248,000 nucleotides of DNA, from assembly GCF_000400465.1 (NCBI RefSeq), contig NW_008806276.1, positions 20,001 to 268,000 on the forward strand. Reading direction: 5' to 3'. Both the position numbers and the translations under genes were made by a program. Below are positions 186,923 to 200,572 of this stretch, in pieces (within the stretch, counting starts at the first letter, position 1; the number at the start of each line of letters is the position of its first letter). This DNA comes from Wallemia ichthyophaga EXF-994. Lineage: Eukaryota; Fungi; Basidiomycota. A model generated the notes under the pieces. That model saw nothing but the letters and a program-made list of their open reading frames with translations, was not told the DNA's origin and did no database searches.

Positions 186923-189900
186923 TCAAATTGCATATCCGTACCCTGATTCCCCTTTCAAACTATACCCTGATTTGCTTTGTGGTAAATACGACACGCGATT
187001 TGAAGCTGGCTTCGCACTCCCTTCCGAGCTCACACTGCGCGCCGACATGGAATCCATCGACGATGCAGATGCTTCTCTTTTGTGAGAATACGAGCGTGGT
187101 GTCATAATACTATCAAACCCAGCAACACTACTTGCAGAAGACGTAGCCGTCAACGGTGGTGTCTGTAATGAGTTATTGTTGAAATATCCAAATGAACTTG
187201 ACTGCTTGTTTGGTCCTAACTCATCTAATCTCGTTGGACGTGCTTTCCTTGTACTGTTGCTAGCTGCAGAAGGAGGCACTGACTTGATCGTGTTCATCGA
187301 TTTGGAATTAAAAGATCCCAGACTACTCTCTACTGCTGCGTTAATACGTCGGTCATATTGAGTCGTACGCGAGTTGTGCTGTGGCGCCTCTATCGATGCT
187401 CTAAACGACTTCATCGATGGGAGCGATGGCACATGCTGCGAATCTCTATTGCGTACACCTTCCAATCCACTCGCAAACGACGTCTTCTGGGCTGGTGCAG
187501 AATATGGAAGTGTTGGAAGTGCCTTCTTCTCCAATTCCTTCTTTTGAGGAAGAAGTAAAGAAATTCTTTCTTTACTCTGCTTGCGAGGTGCATACTCTTC
187601 GACTGGTGGGACGCTAGATGAACGCGCTGCTTTCCATGCCGCATCCATTGCCATCCTGGCTCTTATCTGTTGCTGCTCAAGGTCACTGCGACGCTTCTCA
187701 CCAGAGGGATCGGCGTGTATTGAGTCAAATTCATTTTCCATCGTATGCAGCCAGCTAGTGTTGCTCTTAGCGGCCTTGCTTGCGTTTCGCTGAGGCAGCA
187801 CTGAGTTATCGATTGGCTGCTGACTGATTCTCCGACTCCTATTCTCATCCTTGTAGGGCGATGGTGTGGATCTGGGTACCGTCGAGATAGAGTTGGATGG
187901 TTTCAGCCACGTGTTGCGCGTGTTTTTGTCGTTATTTTTCTTTTCTAGCACTTGAGCCTGCGAGAGGACGTTGGGAGTGGCCTTAAAGGACGAGAATCGA
188001 GGTGGGTGAATCATTTTCGGCTCGCTGTGATCTATGTTCATATCAGCCTCCCTCAATCTTCTTCTACGTCGATTATTTGGTTGCTCGTCCGATGGTTCCG
188101 TCTCTTCCGCTATCTTTGGAGAAAGCGGAGTAGGCATCCAATCTCGCAAACTGAGCGACGATATTTCAGCTCTTTTCTGAGCTTGTGGTTTGGCGGTAGC
188201 ATTGGCGGGTTTCTGATTGGCTTTTGGCGATGCTTCAGTAGCCTTTGGCTTGGGTGGATCAGCCGCCACTGGTTGCTCGGATATTCTGCGCAGCTGTGTC
188301 TGGAGCTTCTTCTGTGATTCCGGAGAGATATGTATCACCTTGTTGTCTTCCACCATATCCTCCTCTTCCTGAGAAGAACGCGACGAGTTTGAAGCGTTGG
188401 TGACATGGAATGTTGACCTTGTAGTGCGATCGTCTATTGAGCCATTAACACTGCAATTTTTAATATGATTCCCAGTTTGTGTTTGCACTGTTTCTGGTAC
188501 TGTTGGTGCTGCTGATGCTGGCTTCTGACTCCTTTCACAGGTGATGCTATCGAGAGGGGACTCCGGTAGCTCAATTTCGTCGGGACCAACAGCGGGCAGT
188601 GCGATTTCTTGTGGAGGCGTTTTGTCTGTGTCTAAGAGCTCCACGCCGTCGTTTAGCTCTGGACGATCGCGGGGATCGAGCTGGAATGAAAAGGATGGTG
188701 GAAGGCTGTCCTTTGATTTCGATGAAAGCATGGACGCAGAGCCTCCCGATTGACGCATGTCTTCAAGCTTCTGTAGATCGTGTGAGGGTGAGTGTTTTGC
188801 CTTCCAGCCAATACATACCTTGGCCATGTCCGCTATCTTCTTCTGTAAAGCTTTGACCTCATCGTCATCATAGATTGACACTGAGTCACGTAGAGTTTTC
188901 TCCGTTTCCAGATCCTTCTCCAACTTGTGCATGTCTTGATTCGCCATCTTTGTTATGTCTTGACTTTCCGGCTTCTCGATATCGTCACTCTCTACCTTAT
189001 CCATCTTCACGTTCTCTGCCTGCTCCAAGTTCTCGTTATCTACCTTGTCTACTTTCTCAGAATCATCATTGGTGACATCAAGTGATTGAGAAGGAGTGAC
189101 GGTACTCAAGCTATCACGACTTGGACTGCTTGTCAATACCAACCCTGATATCTGCTGCGAAGGACTTCTTGTTGGACTGTAATCGAGTGCATCTTCGCTG
189201 CTCTCATCGCCCTCATACTCGCTTACTTTGAGTGGTGAGAGTGGTCTCAAGTCAAGCAGCGGCGGTGGGGAGGAGAAGTTTGAAAAGGTGTCTGAGAAGC
189301 CATCTTCCGTGCTTTTAGAGTCATCGTTAAATGAGTCAGTTGACATGTGTTTCTTGACGGCCTCCAAGCTGGAAAATATCTTTGAACGGTCCTTGGCGTC
189401 TTGGTCACTCTTGAAGAATTCACTCCCAATGGTGCAATGTCCCTCAACGTACTCAGACACGTTGAGCACATCGTTACTGCCGTTAGAGATCACCTCTTCA
189501 TCTTCTCTAGGCGATTCAAACCTTTTTCCCTCGAAGAAACCAAATTTCTTCGAATTTGGGCTAGGACCTAGAGCCATCAGCGACGACTTGTCGAGCTCCT
189601 TCTTAGAGCTGCTAGGGCTGAGGACTGACTTATCGAGTTCGAACGACGTGAGTGAGTCGTCTTTGGTGTATGAATTGAGAAATTGAGAGGGATCGAAGCT
189701 GTTGTTGCCATCGTTGAAGCTGCTCAGAGTGCTACTGTTGACCATTTGGTTGTTTTCATGACTGATGCTGTCATTTTTGGTATCGCCAGTCTGATCGGCT
189801 GCGTTGTGAGTAGCGTGCTCTTTAGAAGGCGACGATCCAAAGCTTCGAGTGTCTGGTGTACCTGGAGTGCTGCGAACATTTACACTAATCCCAGAAGACG

Positions 189901-190973
189901 ATCTTTCGTTAGGGATTGAAGATGAAGAGGAACCGATTTTGATAGCCTGCAAGCTGAATGGGATCGAGTGAAGTGAAGAGTACTTGTTGGACGCTCCACT
190001 ATCCGCCTTTCTAACTGAAGGGCTTGAGTTTGAGCGCTTGCGAGTAGTAGCTGTATTTAACGCATTGTTGAGGCGTGCTTCGATGATTTGGCTCTCCTGT
190101 AACGGTGGTGCACCTGAAACTGTCGAACTTCTCCCCCTACCCAATATAGGTGGATTGGGGGGTAATCGGGATGGACGAGGTGGTGGTCCTGATTGCATAG
190201 GCGATGTGCGCATCCTGTGTTTTGTACTTAGTGAAAGTGAAACACACGACTCCTCACTCACGTTGAATAGATAGAAACGCTCTCGAATGACTCATCACTC
190301 ACGCTGTGTCTTAAACTTTTGTTCCTCATCCCAAGTCCTTTGATTGATTGAGTGAAAGATACCTTTGCAGTGCGAGGCGGTGGAGAAGCACGCTCGTTCT
190401 CGTATGATTCCAACCTCTTTTTGAGAAAGTTGGACATTCCAATAAAGGGAATAGGCCTTCTAGTACGTGGTGGACGCTTCGGTGGCTCTGTTTTGGAAAA
190501 TGAATTGATGTCACCACTAGGACGACCGAGCCTGGACGATTGAGAGTCTCTGTACCTGTATCAAGATTGAGTTGTGCTGATAATTGCTGTTTTACAATTT
190601 ACACTCACTGGAATTCTATATGCGTGCTATCATCCCTGTTGCTGGAGGATGACATCATTGAAGCCTCTCCGCCGTGATAGATGGCTGGTATCTTGGGCAC
190701 AGGTGGAGCAAAGGGATCAGCTTCCTTAGTGAAGAGCTCTGGTGACTCTTTGAATTGTTTGTCGGGGTTGCCAGCAGATGAGCTGGTGCTTTTCGAGCGT
190801 CTGCGGGTGTGCAGATCAGGTAACGGATGGATAAGGGAGTCACGTATGTCGTGCAAAGATACTGAGCTAGGGAATGGCAGCTGAAGCGGCCGTGAAATTT
190901 CCTTCTTCTTCTCCGCCGAACCAGGCTTCTTCAACTGAGACTTTGACTTTTTCTTGAACAATGTGAATCCCAT
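186923..190973 (-). CDS. Large Ser-rich disordered protein of unknown function
   Basis: 1112-aa exon plus upstream exon MGFTLFKKKSK. Confidence 0.6.
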
Positions 190974-192138
190974 GGTTTTTTAAAAGAAAGATTGACTGCT
191001 ACACCGCTTTAGCTGCAATAGAAAAGCGCGCATCGTTAGTGATTGATTTCGTGAAAGGTGATGTAAGGGACGGCTTACCTAGAACGTTTGAGAATATGGG
191101 GATCTGTATGACTTGGCTGGAGCTGCTTGAATGAAGACTCTGGAGCTAATTAATTTGCTTGATTGGCTTTCTTACTTCTTTTCTTCTTTCAATAGCGCGT
191201 TACTCTCCTTAGTGTCGCTGCTACACTCCCCTCAATCCTCTGTGAGCGTCTGCGTTAGAATTGCAAGTGCCTGTTTACTCGCATACTCATTCCTCGCTGT
191301 TCATTCTCGAGTCTCTCCTCGCTCAGGTATGACAGCACGTCTGACATGCTCGGGAGGTATGGGCCTGACAATCGATACACGCTTCTAGACGTCTGTGTGT
191401 CTGACAGTGTGTCTTTATATCCGCGTTTTTCATATGCGCTATTATTTATCCTCACAGCGGGTAACTGGCTGCGGATGCTGCACGTGCATCATTAATAAGG
191501 TTGCGCGATGATGCAATACGATGCACAAGGTCCCAAGAAGAAATTTCTGGTACAATTTTGACAGCCTAATCTGACATATGTACGCGTAGCTTGAGTAAAA
191601 CGCGTTGAATTTGGTATGAAATTGATCGAACTTGGATGTTTATGGTGAGGCGTTTAGCTTGAATGACTTTTCAGAGTTGCTTAAAATATCTGTGCTATTC
191701 TTTGTGTGTATTTTCGCGCTTCAAAGTAGGTTGATTTCGATTGATTGTATGCTCAACTCATTGTTACGTGATTCACAGTTCCAATAGGTAGCTTAAAAGA
191801 TGCTTACATAAATTTAGTCTAATTTAAATCGAAAACTTATGAAAGCATGATGATGATGATGATGAAATCCGAATATATTGTTGAGACGATACATGTTTAA
191901 AACTGCTTCCATCAACACTTCTTAAAGCATGAAGATTCAAAGGGGGTGTGGAATTTGCTGGAAGCGTTTCTTGATTAGCATCGTAATCTCTAAATTGTTG
192001 GTAGTTCTCAATAAAACTGTGCCACCAGAAAAATTATGAAATGGTCGTTTTTATGAGCATTTGATTGACAATTTTTTTTCATTTGAATATGTAGTTAACA
192101 AAACCTCTCAGTTTCAACAACCGATTAGCGCAACGGGC

Positions 192139-192246
192139 GCTTCAGTGGCTCAATGGTAGAGTATTGGACTTCTAGTATCATCGAAGGGTTCAAACCGAGT
192201 TGAACTAGCCATCCAAAGGTTGCGGGTTCGAGCCCCGTCTGAAGTA
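192139..192246 (+). tRNA. tRNA-Arg(UCU) with intron, identical to 178723-178830
   Basis: Same 108-nt sequence. Confidence 0.9.
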
Positions 192247-192471
192247 GTGGTAATCTACAACCAATCTTTTTTGGTGTTTCTTATGATATTTTTCCTTTGT
192301 TGAATAACTCGCTTAATCTTTTTCTTCATTACTTTAGGTTTATCCCCTCAGTCCTACTAATGAAATCATGTGTCTCTTTTCGATTTGCACATCTGACAAT
192401 TCGCTGATATACAAGTAACAGACGCGATTAATAAAGCGATCACTATAAATATTCCATTCGAAACTACAAAA

Positions 192472-193758
192472 CTATCCTCTTCGCCGTTTAGTACCAACAC
192501 TATCGCGTCCACCGTCTCTGGACCATGGCAGAGACTTCTTCTCCTTGCCTTCATGACGCTTACGTTTGCGTTCTTCAGATTTCTTGACTGCTTTGTTACC
192601 CCCTTTAGCACGTAAGGCGTCTTTCTGAGCCTCTTCGACGCGTTTACGCTTTTCGGCTGTAAAGTAGTGGTAATGAGAATAAGTGGTGTGGATTGATAGG
192701 CAGGGTACTCACAATCTTTCAAAAAGTAAGCCTTCTTACCATCACTTATCTTCTCGCGCTCTTCCTTCTTAATCTTCCTAAGAGTATCCTTCTCGATATC
192801 CTTCTTTTGAGACGTCCTCACCTGCGAGCTCATGCTTTGGATTTGCTGGGTCAAGTTGTCGACCTCGGCTTGATGATGTGAGATGAGATATTGTTTATCA
192901 TCAGTGCTACTGGGTAAAGCGCGAGCTCTGCGCAGAGATAAATCAGCAGCTTTGAGTTGATCTTTAACGTTAGACACCTCCTTCTCGACGGAACCTTTCA
193001 AGAAAGAGAATGACTTTTCGAACAGGTCTTGGGAGAAGTTGCCACTGAGTGATAAGAAGCGAGGATCACGAGATTTCTGTGAGTGAGAAAAGTCGCGTAA
193101 GAGTGAGTTTCGTTGCGAAATGGATAACGTACTACTTTATCTACATCCACTACATCTCTCTTCCTGCTTGTTGGTTTCCTACTTGTAATTTCTGTGGGAG
193201 CATGCTTATTGGCCCTTTTGTGCTTATCTTTGGTGTCTTTAATGACTTTATCTGGTTTGTTGGTGTCAGACTTGCCCCTTTTAGCTTGCTGTTTCTGCCA
193301 AAGATCTTCTTTAGCTTTGGCAAGCGCCTGTGCTCTGTTTACTTTGCGCTCGTCGTCGTTGAGCTCATCATTGGTGCTATCGAGACGGGAGGATGCGTGA
193401 GCGAGTGCAGCGAGAGGGAGAGAGTTGTAGGAGGCGTTCAAAGATGTTTGAGAGGATGAATCAGAGTCTTCTGCGCTGTTAACGTCTTCTACGCCTTCTT
193501 GGTCCACTAAATCATGCTAGAGTGGGTCAAATTGAGTAAAAAAAAAGACCAAATGAAACGCACGCCATTGGATACATTAGAATTAGTAAACTTCAATCTA
193601 TCAGCCTCAAATTCGTCTTCCTCGTCCAAATCATGTTCATCGATGTATTGAGCAGCGTGGGGAGAATCACTGTGCTGACTAGTGTCATCCGGCCCATCAC
193701 TTTCATCACTGTCATCTTGATAGAGAGGTTTAATAAAATTTTCACTGGAATTGTTCAT
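192472..193758 (-). CDS. RRP36: rRNA biogenesis protein Rrp36
   Basis: [29 protein letters not shown]. Confidence 0.82.
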
Positions 193759-193821
193759 CGTGGTAGGCCAAAGTGCGGGTTGTGACGAACGATCAAGTTA
193801 AAATTAAATTAAATTTTATTA

Positions 193822-196789
193822 ATGGAAGAAAATATTTACGGTGCAGAAACTGAGCAGACGATAGCAGAGCAGCTGAGTAGCTTGAACCAGGTTTTGGGTG
193901 GTGGTGATGATGGTGGTGGAGACAGCGGGAATACTGAGGATACTGGGGATCTACAGGCACAGGAATTGATGCCGACAACGGAACAGCCACAGCCACACGA
194001 TCACGACCAGCCTCCTTTCCTCCGCGACGATAAAGACGATGGCACTGACAGCGCTAGCACTTACAAGGAGGCTGAGCAGAGTTTGCAGGATACGACTGGA
194101 ATGGCGGAATCGAGTGACGTGAGTGGTGTAGCAGATGAAACTGCTCCTGGACTGGACGTGGGTGTGGTGGCAGATTCAGACGCAAACGCAGCCACCGCCG
194201 CGGCACAATCACAGTCACAGTCACAGACACCTACAGCACCAACCGCAGCAACCACCACTACCACCTCTCAAATACCCCCACTCGCCATCCCAAAAAACAG
194301 AAAAGAAAGCCTGGAAATGCAACTAAAGAGCGACCCACGCGATGCTGACGGATGGCTTGAATTGATTGCCCACCTCGACTCACTCGGTCGCAATCTCGTT
194401 GGCGATGAGTTGGAAGCGTGGTGGAGTGAGTACACAAGCGTATACGATGCCTTTTTCAAAATCTGGCCCTGTGCTGTATGTCTTTAGCTCTGAGCGTGAT
194501 CGCGACTGGTTTGTGCACCCGCTTACCTTGTTCAGGTGAAGCAATGGCAGGCTTACATTGACAAATGTCTCAGTCTCACGCCACCGCGGATGAAAAAGGT
194601 GGAAGAAATCTTCAGCAAGGCGCTTAAACAGACGCCTTCGCCCGATTTCTGGTCCTCGTATCTCAACTACATACGCCGCAACAACGACGGCGGCGAGGGG
194701 AGGCAGGTGGTAGTGAAAGCTTACGAGTTTGCCATCTCTCACGTGGGTCAGGATAAGGATTCCGGGGAGATCTGGCTGGCCTATATAAGGTTTCTCAAGG
194801 ACGGCGCTGCTACCAACACGTGGGAGGAGCAGCAGCGTATGGATGCGCTCAGAAGGACGTACCAGCGCGCAGTCGTGATACCGATCCAGAATCTCGAAGC
194901 GATTTGGCGTGAGTGGGATGCATTTGAGGGGTCGCTCAACAAAGTCACGGTGGGTAAAAGAGTGCAGAACTATCAAATAACCTCACATATCACAAAATAG
195001 GCTAAGAAATTCCTCGCGGATAAATCGCCCGCGTACATGACAGCGCGGTCTGCACTACGTGAAATGCGTAGTCTGGTAGATGCTCCTGTGAATCTGTTCC
195101 ACATGGACGGTACGCTCGCGCGGCGCCCGAGCTGGACGGAGCGGGAGAGGCAAGTAGTGGGAGCGTGGAAGCGGTATCTGGCATGGGAGGAGGGCAATCC
195201 GTTGGAGCTAGAGGATGAGGCAGCGCGCCACAGTCGTGTGTCGTATGCATTCAAGAAAGCACTCGTGTACATGCGCTTCTATCCGGAGATATGGTACCGG
195301 GCGTACATCGCACACAGGAGCATGGGGCGCGACGAAGAGGCATTTAGTCTGCTCAAGCAGGGCAGCGAGGCTGTACCTGAGAGCTATTTGCTCTCCTTCG
195401 CCCGTGCCGAGGCGGAGGAATTGGCGCAAAATTACAGAGAAGCACACGCGGTCCTCCACCGTCTCCTCGCATGCGTCGTCGCTCACGCTCAAGCTATCGA
195501 GACTGGTATTCTTCGCCAGCAAGCCGAACTTGACGCTCAGTTGCCGAGTATCGAGCAGCAGGCGAATGCTGCACAGGCCGCAGGCGAGAATGAGGGCGAG
195601 GTGCGCGAGAAGAGGCGCATAGCAGAGGGCGAAATTACTAGTAAGAAGGAGGCTGTAGCCAAGTCCAAAGCGAAGGACCTCGACGAGCTTTGCAAAGGTG
195701 CAGGTCTGACGTGGGTGATGAAAATGCGCTTAGCGAGGAGATCAGAGGGGATCAAAGCTGCGCGTGTGGTTTTCAAAGAAGCGCGTACCTCGCCCTATTG
195801 CACTTGGCAGGTGTTTGAAGCAGGCGGTGAGTGTAGTGTGATACTTGGGTACAATACACTAATACACCCGCAGCTATGATGGAGTACCACAGCTCGAAAG
195901 ACGCATCGGTAGCAACGAAGATATTCGAGCTCGGGCTGAAGCGTTTCGCTGGGGAGATAGACTATGTGCTCAAGTATCTCGATTTCCTCATTAGTATCAA
196001 CGACGAAGGGAGTGAGTACAATGGAAGGGGTGTTAGATGAGCAGATTGACTGATATATACACAGATGCACGCGCGCTGTTTGAACGGATAGCGCCGGGGA
196101 TGGGTGCTGAGAAAGCACGGCCATTGTGGACGCGATGGGCATCGTACGAGTACATGTACAGCGATCTTCCAAGTGCACTCAAACTGGAGCAGCGCCTCGC
196201 AGACACATTCCCAGAAGAGCAACCCATACGACGCTTTGCGGAGAGACACTCGCACCAGCGTGTTGATAAAATCGCTACTACAGACCTCGGATACGGCGTC
196301 AAGGCACCGACAGCACCGAGGATGGGCGACAACGCGAGTGGTGGCGGGAAGCGTGAGCGTGAGCGTGAACGTACTCAGCCGGTGGATCTCGAGGAAGAGC
196401 GGAACAAACGCCTGAAGCGTGATGTTGGAGGTGAGAGAGAAGGCGGTAGAAATAGTATCACTAGCAACAACAGCAACAACAACAGCAACAACAATGTTAA
196501 TAGCAAATCAAGACAGTCGCAGCAATTGCCTTTGCCACCTCATCGCAATCAGCGGAATTCACCTGCTCAAGGGGTGCAGATTGGTGGAGCACCAATACAT
196601 TTAGGCAGTGGTAGAGGAGTGGGTGGAATGGGTGGAATAGGTGGAATAGCACCACCAACAGCACCCAGACAGGTAAAGGATCCACTGGGATTGGTGCTGC
196701 AGATGCTACCACAGGCGCGGTATTTCGACGGACCGATAATCAACACGGAGGATATCTTGTTCGCGTTCCGTAATTTGCAGTTGCCGTAG
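193822..196789 (+). CDS. RNA14: CstF-77 / Rna14 HAT-repeat protein
   Basis: [35 protein letters not shown]. Confidence 0.9.
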
Positions 196790-196877
196790 ATTGCAGAAGC
196801 CGGGGAAGCCGGGTGGGGAGAGAGGAAAAGGTGGAAAAGAGTAAAATGAATTTAATACACACGTTACGATAACAACC

Positions 196878-197783
196878 ATGAGTGCGAGTGGAGCGACAGA
196901 GACGGCGTTGGAGTTGCTGCCAAAGCTGTTGAGTTTGGACGTGCCATTGGATAAAGAGAGATGCAGCACACTGCTCAACTACCGCCATTCGATACTGCCA
197001 CCTAGGAAAGTTGAAGAGTTTCTGTCATGGGAACCGAGTGCGAATATAGTGGAGCAATTGCAGGAGATTAGCTCAGACGAGGGATTGGAGCGTGTACCAG
197101 TTGGTTATAAATACGAGGAGGATGGACAGTATGTGAGGATGAGGTTGGGAGGATTGTATTTGGTGTTGAAGGAGGAGAGCGATGTTAATAATGATAATAA
197201 CATTGGCAATAACAATGATAATAACATTGGTAATAACAATAACAATAACAATAACAATAACAATAACAATAACACCAAGGAACATTGGAAATTTCACAAT
197301 CTTCAACTAGCAGATAAACACACAAACATGGAAAATACAGGTTGGTACACAAACCAGGATATGGCGTTGGATGCATTCATACTCACAGCTGAACGTGTTA
197401 TCAGCGACGCTAATGCAAACGCTGGCAAACACACAGAGCAAGAGAAGGAAGACACGGCGAACAAGGATTTCTGGGCAGATTTCTCTGACGAAAGCGGTGA
197501 GAGCGGTGAGAGCGGTGAAGAGAATCAAGGAAATTACATTCAAGACAACCAAGACACCTTCTACACGCGCCAGGCAGAAGAACATATCAGCACAGTGGAT
197601 GACACACGCAACTCGGATAACCAGCTCGATAGAGCCGTTAAAATGGCAATTGGTGGAATCTGGGGGATGTTTAAGGAGAGCAGAACGCAAGGGGAGGATC
197701 ACAGCAATCACAGCGATCCCACCAACCAAACAACCGATGAAGAAAGATTTCTTGAACTTGTTTTACAATCATTGAACGCATAA
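196878..197783 (+). CDS. Hypothetical protein with poly-Asn tract
   Basis: 301-aa ORF; AAC/AAT run at about 197190-197275. Confidence 0.6.
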   Translation: MSASGATETALELLPKLLSLDVPLDKERCSTLLNYRHSILPPRKVEEFLSWEPSANIVEQLQEISSDEGLERVPVGYKYEEDGQYVRMRLGGLYLVLKEESDVNNDNNIGNNNDNNIGNNNNNNNNNNNNNNTKEHWKFHNLQLADKHTNMENTGWYTNQDMALDAFILTAERVISDANANAGKHTEQEKEDTANKDFWADFSDESGESGESGEENQGNYIQDNQDTFYTRQAEEHISTVDDTRNSDNQLDRAVKMAIGGIWGMFKESRTQGEDHSNHSDPTNQTTDEERFLELVLQSLNA

Positions 197784-197812
197784 TTGGATTTATTGCATAA
197801 CTATTACCACCA

Positions 197813-198696
197813 ATGAGTACATTACATAGCGCGGCACAAGAGGGTTTGTGGAGGATGAAATAGCTTGGCAGTTGTATTCACAAGCCTACAGCTCAATTGG
197901 GGGAATTGAATGAGTTGCTAAACGCACAACCAAACTCAATTGACAAACTGGACAAGGTGCGTTGGGAGTATTAGGAGTTGCAAGCACCAACACACTGACA
198001 CAGAACACACGCTCTCCTTTACATTGGGGCTGTACATCCAGTCATCCCTCTGTCGTTAGAATGTTGCTGGAAAGAGGCGCAAAAGTCGATATTGAGGATG
198101 GTTTAGGGTGGACACCTCTCATGATAGCCAGTGGGTGGATTGTGAGTTATTTAGCACACTTCTCACAAGCACTCAAGGCTCTGCGGGTAGTTTGGAGATA
198201 GTGGATATGCTGATAAAGAATGGAGCATCAGTTAATCACGTAAACAACAAGGGACAAGCATCTTTGCATTACGCTGCATCCAAGAATCATGCCACTGTGA
198301 GTGGATTTCGTTGGTTTATTTGAATTCACTCGAATAACTCGCCAGATTGCTCATTTACTTCTGGAAAAGGGAGCGGATGTAAACGTGAAAGATAAAGCTA
198401 ATCAGCATCCTTTGCACCGCGCAGCTACAACAGGCAACGGTGATATCATCAAGTTACTCATTAGTCCGCCTAATGCACAACACAAGACGAGACTTAATAC
198501 AGCTGACAGGCTGGGCAACACACCGCTACACCTTGCAATGGAATCAGGCCATGCTTCTACTGCTATTCTACTTATAAACGCAGGTGCTGACAGGGAGAGA
198601 CAGAATTTTGATCAACAGACACCACTCGAAATTGAGGGAGTTGGTGGACAAGAGCAACGTAGAGTTGTTGATAGTGTATTGTACGCCTGTAAATGA
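197813..198696 (+). CDS. NAS6: Ankyrin-repeat proteasome chaperone Nas6/gankyrin
   Basis: RSPLHWGC, GWTPLMIA, LHYAASKNH, GNTPLHLAME. Confidence 0.85.
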
Positions 198697-198789
198697 ATCC
198701 TTTATCCACTTTAAAAAAACTTCAACATTTCCGGCGATCAGATTCACAGCATCGACTTGGAATTTCTCAGACAGACGACGACGACCAAG

Positions 198790-200428
198790 ATGACAAAACC
198801 AGAAAATAAATACGAAGCAAAGTTTGAGTGGTTAGTCAGGAAATCGCTGTGTATTTAACGCTTAAATACCCCTGCAGGCATGATAGATCCGCCCACGACG
198901 TTCACCTCCAAGGAAGTTTCACGGGATGGATGAATGACAGCAATATCCCATTGAAGAAAGGCCAAGATGGCGTTTGGAGGGCTAGTCACTACGTAACCTA
199001 CTCAGCGAAACAGTAAGCCAACCAAACGCGTTTGAATTGGGCTTACACGTTTAATACAGCCAATATCGCTATAAAGTGAATGGGGAGTGGAAGATTGATC
199101 CACGCGTTGAGTCGTCGCATGGCAGTCCACTCAACGTCCTGGTCAACTACTTTTTCGCTCCAAATCAACCACCGTCGTCGAATAGAGCAGACAAGAAGAA
199201 AAACAAGAGGAAAACTAAGAAGGCTTTGAAGGGCGTCGATAGCCATGGTAATGAAACCCATGGCAACGACAGCCACGATGACAGCAACAGCAACTCAGAC
199301 CATGACGATGATGCCGTTGAACACCTCACTGACCATCATTCCAAGTCTAAAAACCGCGTCTCTGCTAATACTACATCTTGGCCAGCTATTCCTGAGAAAC
199401 CTGAGAAAACTCACGCTCACTCTGACAAGCAGCATAACCAGAAGAAAGAGGATAACCAGAATAACCAAGATAAGGCTTTTGACGGCGTTGTTGCAGGTGC
199501 TACTGAGGGTGCCAAGAAAAACACCGCAGACACCTCATACACTCATCAACAAGAAGTATCCCCAGAAGATGAATCAAAATCGGCTCAAGACAAGGTTGTT
199601 TCACCTGCTCAAGATGGCCATCAAGAAGATCAGCACAAAGAATCAGCCACCACCGACACCAATGATACTAGCAACACCAATGAAACACCGGATAATGTTA
199701 CAGACGACACTAAAATCAACCCACCAATAACTGGCGTCGCTGCTCAAGTTCCAACAAATTCCAACACCACTGGTGAAGATGTCAAGCACAAGGTTGAGGA
199801 TGCTGAGAAGAACGTCGATGACGTCAAGAAGAATGGTGAGGCTAAGGCAGATGAGTCCAATAAGGATGTCCAAGACAAGGCAGCAGTTGCTAAGCAGGAT
199901 GCTGAGAAGAAGGAGGCTCAAGCTAAACAGGATGCTGAGAAGAAGGCGGCTCAGGCTAAGCAAGATGAAGAAAATAAAGCAGCTCAAGCCAAGCAGGATG
200001 CCGATAAGAAGACGGAAGAAGCCAAGAACTCAGCCGCCCAAGCTAAACAAGACGCTGATAAGAAAGCTCAGGAAGCCAAGAACTCGGCCGACCAAGCTAA
200101 ACAAGACGCCGACAAGAAGGCTGAAGAAGCCAAAGACTCCGCAGCCCAAGCTAAGGGCGAAGTAAAGGAAAGCGCCACTCAAGCTAAAGAGCAGGTGAAT
200201 ACCTCTGCCGCGCAGGCTCAAACCCAAGCAAACAGCAGTGCCGCACAGGCCCAAAACGAGGCAAACACAGTCAAGAAGGATGCCACGAATGCAGCTAAGG
200301 AGAGTGCCTCTGAAGCTAAAACTGAGTCTAAAGAGGCAGTCAAAGAAGCCACTGAGAGGAAGCCTTCGCTGCCAAAGAGAATATCAAAACGTATCTCTGG
200401 AATGCTGCACCTTGGAAGTAAGAAGTAA
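198790..200428 (+). CDS. CBM48 (AMPK-beta glycogen-binding type) domain protein with LEA-like repeats
   Basis: VHLQGSFTGW...YKVNGEWKID; AAQAKQDAEKK 11-mer repeats. Confidence 0.7.
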
Positions 200429-200572
200429 AGCTTAGAGCTTAAAGCGAGACTTAATGCCCAATCCTACTAATTTAACTGTATCTACTTATAATTTTAATTT
200501 TAATAAACAAAATAAAATTTCACCTTATTAGTGTTGTCTCTGGCTTTGTCTATTTCCTTTAACACTACAGCG

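Noticed and set aside
197190-197275. AAC/AAT microsatellite
   Set aside because: Ordinary poly-Asn coding tract.
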